64,000 bases of DNA from Promethearchaeota archaeon (GTDB lineage: Archaea > Asgardarchaeota > Lokiarchaeia > Sigyniarchaeales > SOKP01), in contig JBHLNF010000001.1 in NCBI GenBank assembly GCA_048937405.1, positions 448,001-512,000 of the forward strand. The letters are read 5' to 3'. The notes under the pieces were generated by a model. That model was not told where the DNA came from and did no database searches. It worked only from the letters and a program-made list of their open reading frames with translations. How positions within the stretch are numbered: the first letter of the stretch is position 1; each line of letters opens with the position of its first letter. Shown piece by piece: positions 42,057 through 52,145 of this stretch. The translations under genes and the position numbers were made by a program.

Positions 42057-43082
42057 TTATGTTTTAGGATTTAAAATTTCATCAGCACTGATCTTATCTC
42101 CATACACTTCATAAGCAAGAAATCTTAAACCATCCAAGCCTATAGGTTCTTCTTCAAGCTTTCTCGATTGCCAAATTTTTAATTTTTTGAATTCCTTTTT
42201 AATTGCTTCTACATAACCAAGTTGAAGGTTTCTAATTTTATTACAAAAATCACACTTTTTTGGTTCTGGTACAATCATATTTATATGAACACCCTCTAAA
42301 TTAATATAACGTCGTGTTAAATCTCTAGCTCTTTTGATCTCTTCAAAACTTGGCTTCTCAGCTATAGTCACTAATCTAAGTGACCCAATCTCGTGAATCA
42401 GATCTGAGATTCGTTCTCCCCGCCTTTCTAATTCAACAATCATATTAAAAATATCCTTTCCTAACTCTCGTCTTTCCTCGTAATCATCAAAGGGTTTAAC
42501 TATATTTCGCCACATTTTTGAAACATTACGAATAGCACCCTTAATGGAATTGTAAAAATTTAATGAGTATTTGAGAACAACTTTTACTTGGTCTTCAGGT
42601 ATCTCAAAAAGAGTAATCATGTTTGCTGTAGGGGGAAAATCTGCAATTATTATATCAAATTGAATATCCTGAGTATTAATATCCTCAGCATCTAATATTT
42701 TTTGAAAAAACATAGCATTTTTTAAAGCTAACGGAATGGAATCAGGAGTAAAAGTTTTATCTATAAACTTTTCAATTTGGGGAAGCATTCCTATTAGTGG
42801 CATTTGCCTTGTAAGGTTTTTCATTTTTTCAATTAAATCCTTCGTATATTTCTTAGCATAACTATCCGCATCGGGCTCAATACCCCATAAATTTTTAGTA
42901 AGAGTAGTTACTTTATTTCCAATTTTTAATTTGAATAAATCACTAAGGTTATGGGCCATGTCAAAAGAAATAAGTAAGATTTTTTTTTCAGGAAGTAAAT
43001 CTGAAAGTAAAACTGCTGTAGCAGCACTAATAGAACTTTTCCCTACACCCCCCTTTCCTCCCAAAACAATAATTTTTTCCAT
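42057..43082 (-). CDS. ArsA/Get3 (TRC40)-family ATPase
   Basis: GGKGGVGKSS, SFDMAHNLSD, DFPPT, CDFC, EEPIG. Confidence 0.88.
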   Translation of the reverse strand: MEKIIVLGGKGGVGKSSISAATAVLLSDLLPEKKILLISFDMAHNLSDLFKLKIGNKVTTLTKNLWGIEPDADSYAKKYTKDLIEKMKNLTRQMPLIGMLPQIEKFIDKTFTPDSIPLALKNAMFFQKILDAEDINTQDIQFDIIIADFPPTANMITLFEIPEDQVKVVLKYSLNFYNSIKGAIRNVSKMWRNIVKPFDDYEERRELGKDIFNMIVELERRGERISDLIHEIGSLRLVTIAEKPSFEEIKRARDLTRRYINLEGVHINMIVPEPKKCDFCNKIRNLQLGYVEAIKKEFKKLKIWQSRKLEEEPIGLDGLRFLAYEVYGDKISADEILNPKT

Positions 43083-43627
43083 ATCTCAATTTGGTTTAAA
43101 AGCTTTAATTTATAATATCAAAAATAAAAATAACATAAAAAAATTAACTAAATAGTTTAGAATATTACTATAAAATTCTTCTAATTAGCAAAAAAATAAA
43201 TTGGTAGAATAATTTTAATAGATATTATAGTAAATGTTATCAAGATTATTTATTATATTATAAAAAAAATAATCAATCATAATATTACATTTAATTTATT
43301 AAATTTCCAAATAAATTTATTAAATATTTTTACCAATTAATTAAACCAATTAACAAAATAATAAAAAAAAAATAAAATAATAAAAAGTTCAGTAAATCAA
43401 ACTTACTAGTAAGATAAATAATTATAAATAAGAAGTAGAGCTACATTTCAAGTTTAATAATAATTTACAATATTCTAATAATAGATAAATTTTTTTAAAA
43501 TTTACTAGAAATAGTTAATTTAATATAAGTTCTAATCTAGTTGGCTAGATTCTACTTCTATTTCACAAGACTTCCTTTAAGTTTTTTTTTATTGAACAGA
43601 TTAAAAATTTATAGAATTGAAAAGGAA

Positions 43628-44812
43628 GTGACTAAAATAACAAATCAAAATGAGTTTACAACCAAATACATTATTGAAGTTAAATTCATAATTAAAGGGG
43701 TTGTAGAAAAGTCTGATGTTGTCGGTGCTATATTTGGGCAGACTGAAGGATTACTTTTAGATCTAGATTTAAGGGATCTACAGAAATCAGGACGTATTGG
43801 AAGAATTGAAGTAGAAAATGAATCTAAAGAAGGAATTTCTGAAGGTATTATTAAAATTCCTTCATCCTTAACTAGGAGAGAAACAGCTTTATTAGCTGCA
43901 ACTGTAGAAACTGTATCCCGAGTTGGGCCTTGTGAAGCGGAAATTAAATTAATTGATATTCGAGATGTGAGAGAAACTAAGCGACAAAAAATCATTGAAA
44001 GAGCCACTGAACTCTTAAAAGAATGGGATCAAAAATCATTAGACCAAAGTGAGATCGAAGAACAAATTGATACAGATATTAAACTTGGAGAAATAATTTC
44101 ATGGGGATCAGAAAACCTCCCAGCTGGTCCGGAAGTAGAAACTAACCCAGAATTAATTATTGTTGAAGGTCGAGCTGATGTTCTTAATTTATTAAGAATT
44201 GGGGTTAAAAATACTATAGCTGTTCAAGGAACTCATGTACCAAAATCCGTTATTAAATTAGCTAAGCAAAAAAAATCTGTAACTGCTTTTGTAGATGGAG
44301 ACCGGGGTGGAATGATTATCCTCAATGAACTTCTACAAGTCACTAAGATTAACAAAGTTGCTAGAGCACCTGATGGATATGAAGTTGAAGAATTGACTCG
44401 AAAACAAATGATAAAAGCTTTACAAAATAAAAAACCAGCAAAATCTATAAAAATACCTAAAGAAAATGGCATTGATAGAAAATCTATTGGAGAACATACA
44501 ACAAATTTTCAAAAAATCTTAAAAAAACTTAAAATTAAAGATGAAAATATTATAATCGAAGCAACTAAGAATATTAATGCTGGTTTTGCTATTGGCTTTA
44601 ATAAGAATCTTGAAAAATTGTTTGATATACCTGTAGGTGAAATATTTGAAAAAATTAGAGATTTTAAAGATACCAAGTTTTTGATTATTGATGGGATTTT
44701 AACAAAAAGGCTTCTTTCTCTCTCATTAAGTATGAAAATCAAATTCATTGCATGTAAAAATAAAGAAGAAGAATTAACAATTCCAGAGCAAATATTGATA
44801 CATTTCTTTTAA
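43628..44812 (+). CDS. dnaG: Archaeal DnaG (TOPRIM; exosome-associated)
   Basis: GVVEKSDVVGAIFGQTEGLL, GRIGRI, IVEGRADV, DGDRGG. ORF track starts at 43541; GTG 43628 is more plausible. Confidence 0.95.
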   Translation: MTKITNQNEFTTKYIIEVKFIIKGVVEKSDVVGAIFGQTEGLLLDLDLRDLQKSGRIGRIEVENESKEGISEGIIKIPSSLTRRETALLAATVETVSRVGPCEAEIKLIDIRDVRETKRQKIIERATELLKEWDQKSLDQSEIEEQIDTDIKLGEIISWGSENLPAGPEVETNPELIIVEGRADVLNLLRIGVKNTIAVQGTHVPKSVIKLAKQKKSVTAFVDGDRGGMIILNELLQVTKINKVARAPDGYEVEELTRKQMIKALQNKKPAKSIKIPKENGIDRKSIGEHTTNFQKILKKLKIKDENIIIEATKNINAGFAIGFNKNLEKLFDIPVGEIFEKIRDFKDTKFLIIDGILTKRLLSLSLSMKIKFIACKNKEEELTIPEQILIHFF

Positions 44813-44842
44813 ATGTAAATTTTTTCTCTTATAGAATTATTT

Positions 44843-45082
44843 TCATTTAAGAAAATCTAGAACAGAAAAGATAGATTGTATCACATATGAAACTACACCC
44901 AAGACTAAGATTCCTATTATACAAATTTTGAAAACTAAGAAATAATCTTTCCTTTTTGGCTTACTTGCCACTTTCATTATTCTTCTTGAATTTCGGAAAA
45001 AAATTACCAGTCTCTCATAAAGACCTGGTTTTTTTTTTTTCTTTGCCTTACTATACTTATCATATTTCGGGTAGGTTGACAC
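44843..45082 (-). CDS. secE: Protein translocase SecE/Sec61 gamma
   Basis: RIMKVASKPKRKDY, then one TM; follows ftsY. Confidence 0.88.
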   Translation of the reverse strand: MSTYPKYDKYSKAKKKKKPGLYERLVIFFRNSRRIMKVASKPKRKDYFLVFKICIIGILVLGVVSYVIQSIFSVLDFLK

Positions 45083-45143
45083 ATTAAAAATAAAGAATTT
45101 TCAGATAAAAATTTATCTCTTAAGCCTTGAGAATTATTTGATT

Positions 45144-46037
45144 TTAAACAAGATCTAAAATATTTGATACAAATAATTCACGATCAAATAGAATTAAATC
45201 ATCATAATCTTGTCCTACTCCACAAAAAATTATTGGCTTCTTTGTTTCAAAAGAAATTGACAAAGCAGCACCACCTTTAGCATCCGCATCAAGTTTAGTT
45301 AATATATTTGCATCAATCCCAACATGCTTTTTAAACTCTTTTGCTTGAAATAGAGCATCATTACCTGCTAAACTATCACCTATAAAAAGAATTAAATCAG
45401 GTTTGGCAACTCTACATATTTTTTGAATTTCAATCATCAAATTCTTATCTGTAACTTGTCTTCCCGCTGTATCAACTAAAACAACATCTATATTTTTAGC
45501 TTTTGCATGTTCAATGGCGTCATAAGCCACAGAAGCAGGATCAGATTTATACTCATGTTTTATGACTCTTATTCCTACATTATCCATATGATATTTCAAC
45601 TGTTCAATTGCAGCTGCTCGAAACGTGTCCGCTGCTGCTGCTACAATTGAAAAACCATCTTTTTTTAAATAATTAGCGATTTTAGCCATAGTGGTCGTTT
45701 TTCCAGTACCATTTACACCAAGAAATACAATCACATAAGGTTTCGGTGTTTTCTTTTTTATATCTTCATATAAATTGATATCTTCTTCTGGTGTTAAAAT
45801 CTCAGTTATCGTTTCTTTTAAAGTCTCAAATAACATTTTTTGGGTTGATAATAATCTACTTAGTTGTTCTCCTTTAAAAGATTCAGTAATTCTTCTGCAA
45901 ATTTCATCAGCGGTATCGATAGCTACATCATTACTTAAAAGTAGTAATTTTAAATCTTGTATCGCATTAGTTATTTTTTTTTCAGTTAGAGTTTTTTTTA
46001 CAAAAGAAGAAAACGTACTTTTTAGTTTTTCAAGCAT
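45144..46037 (-). CDS. ftsY: SRP receptor FtsY (NG domain only)
   Basis: GVNGTGKTT, DTFRAAAIEQL, DTAGR, TKLDADAKGG, GVGQ. Confidence 0.96.
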   Translation of the reverse strand: MLEKLKSTFSSFVKKTLTEKKITNAIQDLKLLLLSNDVAIDTADEICRRITESFKGEQLSRLLSTQKMLFETLKETITEILTPEEDINLYEDIKKKTPKPYVIVFLGVNGTGKTTTMAKIANYLKKDGFSIVAAAADTFRAAAIEQLKYHMDNVGIRVIKHEYKSDPASVAYDAIEHAKAKNIDVVLVDTAGRQVTDKNLMIEIQKICRVAKPDLILFIGDSLAGNDALFQAKEFKKHVGIDANILTKLDADAKGGAALSISFETKKPIIFCGVGQDYDDLILFDRELFVSNILDLV

Positions 46038-46096
46038 TTATCTCTCCTAAAGGATTTAAACTATATTTTATCTAAAACAAGTCTAATTAAATAATT

Positions 46097-46522
46097 CTAT
46101 TCTTTTGAATAGGTTTTCTGAACAATATCAGAAATTTGTCTGAGTGTCATTTCCACTTTTTGTAATTGAGTTCGTAAGTATTCAATTTGTTGATTATGTT
46201 GTTCCATACTTTTATCAAGGAATTCAATTGCTCCATTTATATCTTTCTCGATAACAACATCTTGAGGAATAGATACTAAAACCTTCTCTGGGTTTTTAAT
46301 AATTGCTTTAATATTTACTAAACCACCAATTGGTATAAGTATTTCATCACCTTCTTTTACACCTTCTTTTATATTTTGAAGAGTTGTTTTAATATTCAAT
46401 AAATTACCTAGAGAAGCATTCATGAATTCTAACTGTCCTTGAATCATATTATATTGTTCCCTAAAGTATTGTATTTGTATTAGTTGTTCTTGATATTCTT
46501 GAGAAACGTCCATTTTTATCAA
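46097..46522 (-). CDS. pfdA: Prefoldin alpha subunit
   Basis: EILIPIGG, KVLV, VVIEK; operon position. Confidence 0.9.
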   Translation of the reverse strand: MIKMDVSQEYQEQLIQIQYFREQYNMIQGQLEFMNASLGNLLNIKTTLQNIKEGVKEGDEILIPIGGLVNIKAIIKNPEKVLVSIPQDVVIEKDINGAIEFLDKSMEQHNQQIEYLRTQLQKVEMTLRQISDIVQKTYSKE

Positions 46523-46545
46523 TTCAATTTACATTTCTTTTTTAT

Positions 46546-46773
46546 TTATTCTGATAATTCTCTAATAAGATGATCTTGTGATTCATTTAAAGATATTTCT
46601 TTTATTTCTTGGATTTTAATTTTGCGCCTAAAAATACCAATTGATGTAATTTGACTTAAGATATTTTCAAGTGCATCTTCTTTCTTCAAGGCGCGAATCT
46701 CTTTTCGAAACAAATATTTCTTATGATTTTTATTATAGTTTCCAATAATTCTGAAAATTTTTATTTCTGACAT
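46546..46773 (-). CDS. rpl18a: Ribosomal protein L18Ae/LX (eL20)
   Basis: IFRIIG, FRKEIRA, RRKIKI; lies between aIF6 and prefoldin. Confidence 0.82.
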   Translation of the reverse strand: MSEIKIFRIIGNYNKNHKKYLFRKEIRALKKEDALENILSQITSIGIFRRKIKIQEIKEISLNESQDHLIRELSE

Positions 46774-46869
46774 AACTAATTATTTCCACAGTTTAAGAAC
46801 TTTTAAAATTGGAAAATTTTTCAAAAAATATTAATTTTTCCATTTTTCCGCTTCGATAAAGAAATAGGT

Positions 46870-47541
46870 TTAAAGTTTAAGAACCGATGTAAGTCTCATT
46901 AATTCTGGACCTGTAGAAGCCATTCCAAATATTCCACTTTTATCGTTTACTATTGCTCCTGAACTTAAATATGGTACTCCACGATTAATAGTTGAAACAT
47001 CAACCTCATTAACCTTTAAAACCGATGATATAAATTCAATCTCCTCATCTGTAGATAGGGGATGTACTAAACAACCAAAATTGTTTGTTATTGATATTGA
47101 TCCCGGAAGGAAATAATTCGCAAAATCAAAGATAACAGTTTCAACATTTAGAATATCTTCAATCTCAATCCTATAATTTTCTAAGAATGAACTAATTATC
47201 GCACCTTTATCATTACATAAGATTAAATTACCAAAGGTATTATCAATAGACTTTAATACCCCTATATTACACGATTTGTCTACGAATGATCTTAAATTGT
47301 TTAATTCATCTTCTCGTATAATATGTGGAACAATTATTCCATATTTATTCGATACTGAATAAACTCCAAGTAAATTAGAATTATTGATTGTAAGTGGATA
47401 GAAAGGTTCTTCAAAAATAGCTTTGATTTTTTTTAATGTAGATTTTAATAATGTTGGTGGATAAAGGATAAAAGAATTATTTCCAGTTAAAAATATTCCC
47501 ACTAAATTTCGACCAAAAATTTGAGCCTTAATAATAGCCAT
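46870..47541 (-). CDS. eif6: Translation initiation factor 6 (aIF6)
   Basis: GNLILCNDKGA, LVHP, STINRG, STGPEL. Confidence 0.93.
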   Translation of the reverse strand: MAIIKAQIFGRNLVGIFLTGNNSFILYPPTLLKSTLKKIKAIFEEPFYPLTINNSNLLGVYSVSNKYGIIVPHIIREDELNNLRSFVDKSCNIGVLKSIDNTFGNLILCNDKGAIISSFLENYRIEIEDILNVETVIFDFANYFLPGSISITNNFGCLVHPLSTDEEIEFISSVLKVNEVDVSTINRGVPYLSSGAIVNDKSGIFGMASTGPELMRLTSVLKL

Positions 47542-47627
47542 TTATGATAAACTGATATAATTCTAATTCTTAAATTTTAGTTAAAAAGAGTATAAGGTTT
47601 TTAAAATTTTCTTGTACTTAGAAAAAT

Positions 47628-48074
47628 TTAACTTAAATAAACAACAACTAACCCATCTATATTTTTAGTTGCTCTTACTTTTATTTTTCGTGGTGGCTTT
47701 TGAATTCCTCTGGACCAAATATGTTCATTCACTTCTTGAGTTATAATTAAAGATTCTGGCTTGAAATGACGTGTCATATATTCTTTTAAATATTTAATTG
47801 CCTTTTTAGCTCTTTTGTTTCTTGGTCCTTTTCGAGCCTTAGCAAGAGGGATAATATATATCCTTTCATCAATAATTTCTTCTTTTGGAGCTTCTATTTC
47901 CTCCTCTTCTTCTCTTTCTAAAATCCCTTCTTCAAAAACTTCCCTTATTTCTTCTTCTTCAGAGATTTCATCTAAACTAAATTCTTCAATCTCTTCAATT
48001 TCTTCTGGTTCTTCAGAATCTCCTAATTCCTCTTCCAAATTCTCTAATTCAATTTCTTTTTCCTTTTTTCCCAT
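47628..48074 (-). CDS. rpl31e: Ribosomal protein L31e with acidic N-terminal extension
   Basis: ERIYIIPL, RAKKAI, NEHIWSRGIQKPPRKIKVR. Confidence 0.93.
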   Translation of the reverse strand: MGKKEKEIELENLEEELGDSEEPEEIEEIEEFSLDEISEEEEIREVFEEGILEREEEEEIEAPKEEIIDERIYIIPLAKARKGPRNKRAKKAIKYLKEYMTRHFKPESLIITQEVNEHIWSRGIQKPPRKIKVRATKNIDGLVVVYLS

Positions 48075-48102
48075 TATCCTTCATTTTGATATTTTATATT
48101 CT

Positions 48103-48264
48103 TTAATCTCGTTTTATTCGTGTATTCCGCCATTTTCTATCTGTATGAGGGCTACTTCTTATTCTGCGATTTGTCTTTATCATAACCCAATTTGGAATTG
48201 ATTGACTCTGCTTATATTTCTTTGCTCTTCGTAATTTCGAAGGTAAATCCTTATTTCTTGCCAT
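48103..48264 (-). CDS. rpl39e: Ribosomal protein L39e
   Basis: Hand-translated MARNKDLPSKLRRAKKYKQSQSIPNWVMIKTNRRIR...RKWRNTRIK. Confidence 0.92.
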   Translation of the reverse strand: MARNKDLPSKLRRAKKYKQSQSIPNWVMIKTNRRIRSSPHTDRKWRNTRIKRD

Positions 48265-48302
48265 AAATCTTAATCTCTTTAAAATTTTAATGATTTTTTA
48301 AA

Positions 48303-48644
48303 TTATTTTTTTATTTTAAATTCTTTCTTTCGTCCCATTGAAGATATTTGTTCTAAAAGCTTTTTAAATGCTTTATCTGGTAAAGGAATTGCACCTCTCA
48401 GTTGTCCTGTTTGAAATAACTGAATCAATTGTAATTCAATTTGTTGTGCAAATTCTGGTTTAACCATCCGGATATTTTCTAATCTTTGTCTTCCTTCTTG
48501 ACTTAAGATCTTTCTCATAAGTTGATATTTTTTATTTTCAAATTCTTTTTGTTGGGCTTCTGCTATTTGTTGTTGAACTGCTTGTTGTTGCAATTCCTGT
48601 AGCTTTCTTTTTCTGATATTATCTAATTCTTCGTCATTACTCAC
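48303..48644 (-). CDS. PDCD5-like dsDNA-binding protein
   Basis: ELDNIRKRKLQEL, ILSQEGRQRLENIRMVKPE. Confidence 0.92.
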   Translation of the reverse strand: MSNDEELDNIRKRKLQELQQQAVQQQIAEAQQKEFENKKYQLMRKILSQEGRQRLENIRMVKPEFAQQIELQLIQLFQTGQLRGAIPLPDKAFKKLLEQISSMGRKKEFKIKK

Positions 48645-48675
48645 GTTAGACCCCTAAAGTTCTTATATTTTAGGT

Positions 48676-49095
48676 TTAATGTCGTAAAATTAAATATGCT
48701 GTTCTTTCTAATAAACTTGTACCTTCAGCAGAAACTATTCTTCCTTCTTTTTCAACCTTTAAGAGTAATTTTGCATTTTCTAACTGTTGTAAAGCTACTC
48801 TAATAATTTTCCCACTTCCCTTAGCAGAATGACTTCGACCAGGACCTTTTCTATTTCGCCCCCCATAAAATTTTCGAAGTTTGTTTACCCCAATAGGTCC
48901 AAATTTCTTCACCTTCCTAAGAAGTGAGGCACATCTGATATACCAGAAGTTTTCAGAATCGTGTGGTGCTAATTCTTTAAAAAAGGCAGTTTTCCAAAAT
49001 TCTGATCCTTCAGGAGGGGAAATTTCTGGATACTCTCTCAATTTTTCTGCTATTGCTTCGACAAGTTTTTCTGGTTGAACGACATATATAGACAT
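48676..49095 (-). CDS. rps19e: Ribosomal protein S19e
   Basis: WKT...KELAP, WYIRCASLLRK, GPIGV, YGG, GSGKIIRVALQQLE. Confidence 0.96.
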   Translation of the reverse strand: MSIYVVQPEKLVEAIAEKLREYPEISPPEGSEFWKTAFFKELAPHDSENFWYIRCASLLRKVKKFGPIGVNKLRKFYGGRNRKGPGRSHSAKGSGKIIRVALQQLENAKLLLKVEKEGRIVSAEGTSLLERTAYLILRH

Positions 49096-49187
49096 GATCT
49101 TTAATTCTATACTTCTTTATTAACTATAATACGTTTAAAAAGTCAGAATAAATTAAAAATTTTTCCTATTTTTTGTGTTCTAGAACG

Positions 49188-49460
49188 ATGGATTACCAAA
49201 AAGAATTTAAGAAGGCTTTATTATCGCAACCGGATTGTATTTTGGGAAAAAATGGGATAACGAATGAGTTTATTAACCATGCAAATAAGTTATTAAAAAG
49301 ATATAAAATAATAAAAGTCAAAGCATTAAAATCCATAGCAACAAAATCGAATATAAAAGAATTAGCTAGTAAAATTTCACAATTAACATGCTCTTATCTA
49401 ATCGATGTCAGAGGTAAAATATTCATACTTTCCTTATTGAAGTTAGATAAGCCAAAATGA
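49188..49460 (+). CDS. YhbY/CRM RNA-binding protein
   Basis: LGKNGIT, IIKVK, DVRG. Confidence 0.85.
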   Translation: MDYQKEFKKALLSQPDCILGKNGITNEFINHANKLLKRYKIIKVKALKSIATKSNIKELASKISQLTCSYLIDVRGKIFILSLLKLDKPK

Positions 49461-49483
49461 AAAAAGTTATAAAGATAATTTAG

Positions 49484-49819
49484 ATGCCAAAAAGGAGTAA
49501 AAATTCAAAACATATTGTAAAAAAAATTGCAAATTCCAGAATGCTTTATTTATTTCAGAAAGCTCACGAAATATTTCCTAAAGATCCAAAATTAGCAAAT
49601 CGTTACACGTATTTGGCAAGACGGTATGCTCAAAGAACAAGGATAAAAATTCCTGAGGAGTGGAAAAAAAGAATTTGTAATAAATGTAAAATGTTTTTAT
49701 ATCCAGGATTGAATTACAGGATTAGAATGCATTCAAAAGGAAAAGGCTCTCATGTTTCTTTAACTTGTTTTGAATGTAATAAATCTACAAGATACTTTAT
49801 AAAATTAAAAACATACTAA
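49484..49819 (+). CDS. rnp4: RNase P protein component 4 (Rpp21)
   Basis: IA..R, ANRY, KRICNKC...PG, TCFECN. Confidence 0.92.
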   Translation: MPKRSKNSKHIVKKIANSRMLYLFQKAHEIFPKDPKLANRYTYLARRYAQRTRIKIPEEWKKRICNKCKMFLYPGLNYRIRMHSKGKGSHVSLTCFECNKSTRYFIKLKTY

Positions 49820-49856
49820 ATTAGAAGTAACATTCAAAAAATCTTTTGTAATTGTT

Positions 49857-50531
49857 ATGCCATTAATTATTGTCTTTACTGAATGTGGTTTAGAATTAAT
49901 TCCTAAACAAATACGCTCTCACCCTGCAGTTAAGAAAAATTTAACACCAAAAATTTACGCCTCTCAACTCTTAGATAACACATTACATTTTTCTGCGATG
50001 AAAAATTTGAAAAATTTTCAAAAAAGAGGAAGACCAGATATCACTCATATATGTTTACTCAATGCATTAGGATCATCTCTCAATAAAAGTGGAAATCTAA
50101 TCTTGTTTGTTCATACGTTTAATAATAAAATTTTCAAATTTAATCCTGAAATTAGGATAGCAAGAAATTATAATCGATTTAAAGGGCTGATAGCTAAAAT
50201 GTTAATAGATGGGAGAATTGAGATAGAATCTTTAAAACTTATTACTCCATTCGAAGGTAATCTGCAGAACCTTATAGATAATTTTGAAGATCCAGAAGTA
50301 TTTATCTTATCGAGTAAGGGTAAAAGAAATAAAGATTATAAAGAATTATTTGCAAAGGATATAAAAAAAAATTATATTGCACTTATTGGTGGATTTCAAA
50401 AAAATGGATTCTCGAAATATGTCATAAATCTTTCAGATAATTTAATTTCTATTTCTGAATACTCTTTGGATGCTTGGATTGTTACCAATAGAATTATAAC
50501 TTACTATGAACTTATTTATGGTATTCTTTAA
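49857..50531 (+). CDS. nep1: Nep1/Emg1 SSU rRNA pseudouridine methyltransferase
   Basis: RGRPDITH, RIARNYNRFKGL, IGGFQ. Confidence 0.92.
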   Translation: MPLIIVFTECGLELIPKQIRSHPAVKKNLTPKIYASQLLDNTLHFSAMKNLKNFQKRGRPDITHICLLNALGSSLNKSGNLILFVHTFNNKIFKFNPEIRIARNYNRFKGLIAKMLIDGRIEIESLKLITPFEGNLQNLIDNFEDPEVFILSSKGKRNKDYKELFAKDIKKNYIALIGGFQKNGFSKYVINLSDNLISISEYSLDAWIVTNRIITYYELIYGIL

Positions 50532-50593
50532 AATCACTAAAATTAAAAGAAATGATAAATTTTTAAACTTACACTGACTTCTAAAATTTTCAA

Positions 50594-50665
50594 GCGCGAT
50601 TAGTCTAGTGGTCAGGATCTCGGCCTTCCAAGCCGATGACCCGGGTTCAATTCCCGGATCGCGCA
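50594..50665 (+). tRNA. tRNA-Gly (TCC)
   Basis: GCGCGAT/ATCGCGC acceptor stem, TCGGC-CTTCCAA-GCCGA anticodon arm, CCGGG-TTCAATT-CCCGG T arm. Confidence 0.97.
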
Positions 50666-50819
50666 TATCGTCAACATTTTTATCACTTTAAAATCAAATC
50701 AATAAAATAAATCTTCGTGAAAGGATGGTTTCACGATGTTTTCACCAAAAAAAAAAAACCAATTTTTTATTTATAATTAAAAAGACAAAAAGTTATATTT
50801 ACATAATTGTATATAATTG

Positions 50820-50888
50820 GTGAAAAAACGTCTCTAATTACAATTTTAGATCACTTCAAAATTTTCTGTAAAAACGGCGTTTTTTCAC
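50820..50888 (+). repeat. 13-bp inverted repeat followed by T-tract
   Basis: GTGAAAAAACGTC (50820-50832) / GGCGTTTTTTCAC (50876-50888). Confidence 0.6.
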
Positions 50889-50976
50889 TTCTTTTAGAGT
50901 AAATATAGATTATTAGAATTAATCTTAAATTTTTTCCTTTACTATTGACCTTTACTGAAAAAATGTATTCATTGTA

Positions 50977-52113
50977 ATGGTTAAGTATATTTATAAGGAA
51001 TTTAAATCTGTTCTAAATAAATTAAAATTTCCAGATTCATGGTTTTGGTCTCGCTATACCCTGAATACTTATTCAGGATGTGCTCATGCGTGTATTTATT
51101 GTGACGCCCGTAGTCAACGATACTATATTGAAGACTTTGAGAATGAAGTAATCATTAAGACAAATTTTGACAAAAAATTAGATCAGAGATTTAAAAGAGC
51201 ACGAACATTATTACCTGATATAATAGCCCCTGGTGGAGTAAATGATGTTTATCAACCAATTGAAAAGAAGATTGAACATACTAGAAAAATTTTAGGAATC
51301 ATAGCAAAACATAAATTTCCTATCAATATTGCAACTAAATCTAACTTAATCACTCGAGATATAGATATTCTTGAAAAAATCGCTTTCGATACGTGGTGTA
51401 CTATCGGATTTTCAATTAGTACAAGTGATGATGAACTCGCTAAATTCTTAGAACCTTTTTCATCCAAACCCTCTGAAAGACTTGAAGCTCTTAAGACCAT
51501 TAAAAAACAGGCCCCTAATATTCAAATTGGTACATATTTTATTCCAATTATCCCATTTTTAGAAGATAACGATGAAGATCTAGAAGATGTAATAAAAAAA
51601 TCAAAAGAAGTAGGGGCGGATTTTATTTTATTTTCTCCTGGTTTGACACTACGAGATTCTCAAGCTCAATATTTTATCAATAAATTGAAAAAAAGTAAAT
51701 ATTCCAACATTGTTAAACCACTATTAAATTTGTATAAAGGACAAATTCATCCACCATCAGATTATACCAAAAGAATCAACACACGATTATGGAATTTATG
51801 TCAAAAATATAAAGTTAATATCCGAGTAAAACGTTGGATTCCTTCAGATTTCCGGAAATGGAATTATATATTATCAGAATTTCTCCTAAATAGCGAATAT
51901 ATAGATGCTTTAAAAACAGGGAAAACTAATAAAAAATTAATGTGGGCAGGATTAAATCTAAATAACCTGGATGAATCGATTCTGGATGTTTATAAAAGAG
52001 GTGAATTACACACTATTAAGAGTTTTACCCCTAAAATAATTAGGATTGTTGAATCTTACTTAAAAAAAAGAATAGATTTAAAACAAAAGACGGGGTTAGA
52101 GAAATTTCTATAA
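50977..52113 (+). CDS. SplB-like radical SAM protein (putative DNA repair)
   Basis: LNTYSGCAHACIYCDAR, DVYQPIE, ATKSNLI, LEP....ERL. Confidence 0.88.
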   Translation: MVKYIYKEFKSVLNKLKFPDSWFWSRYTLNTYSGCAHACIYCDARSQRYYIEDFENEVIIKTNFDKKLDQRFKRARTLLPDIIAPGGVNDVYQPIEKKIEHTRKILGIIAKHKFPINIATKSNLITRDIDILEKIAFDTWCTIGFSISTSDDELAKFLEPFSSKPSERLEALKTIKKQAPNIQIGTYFIPIIPFLEDNDEDLEDVIKKSKEVGADFILFSPGLTLRDSQAQYFINKLKKSKYSNIVKPLLNLYKGQIHPPSDYTKRINTRLWNLCQKYKVNIRVKRWIPSDFRKWNYILSEFLLNSEYIDALKTGKTNKKLMWAGLNLNNLDESILDVYKRGELHTIKSFTPKIIRIVESYLKKRIDLKQKTGLEKFL

Positions 52114-52145
52114 AAACAACAATAACTCAGGAAATTAAACTCGAA

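Noticed and set aside
43090-43540. Extremely AT-rich intergenic region as a replication origin
   Set aside because: No ORB-like repeats and no adjacent orc1/cdc6 gene.
50442-50666. 74-aa minus-strand ORF (MRDPGIEPGSSAWKA...)
   Set aside because: Antisense shadow of tRNA-Gly.
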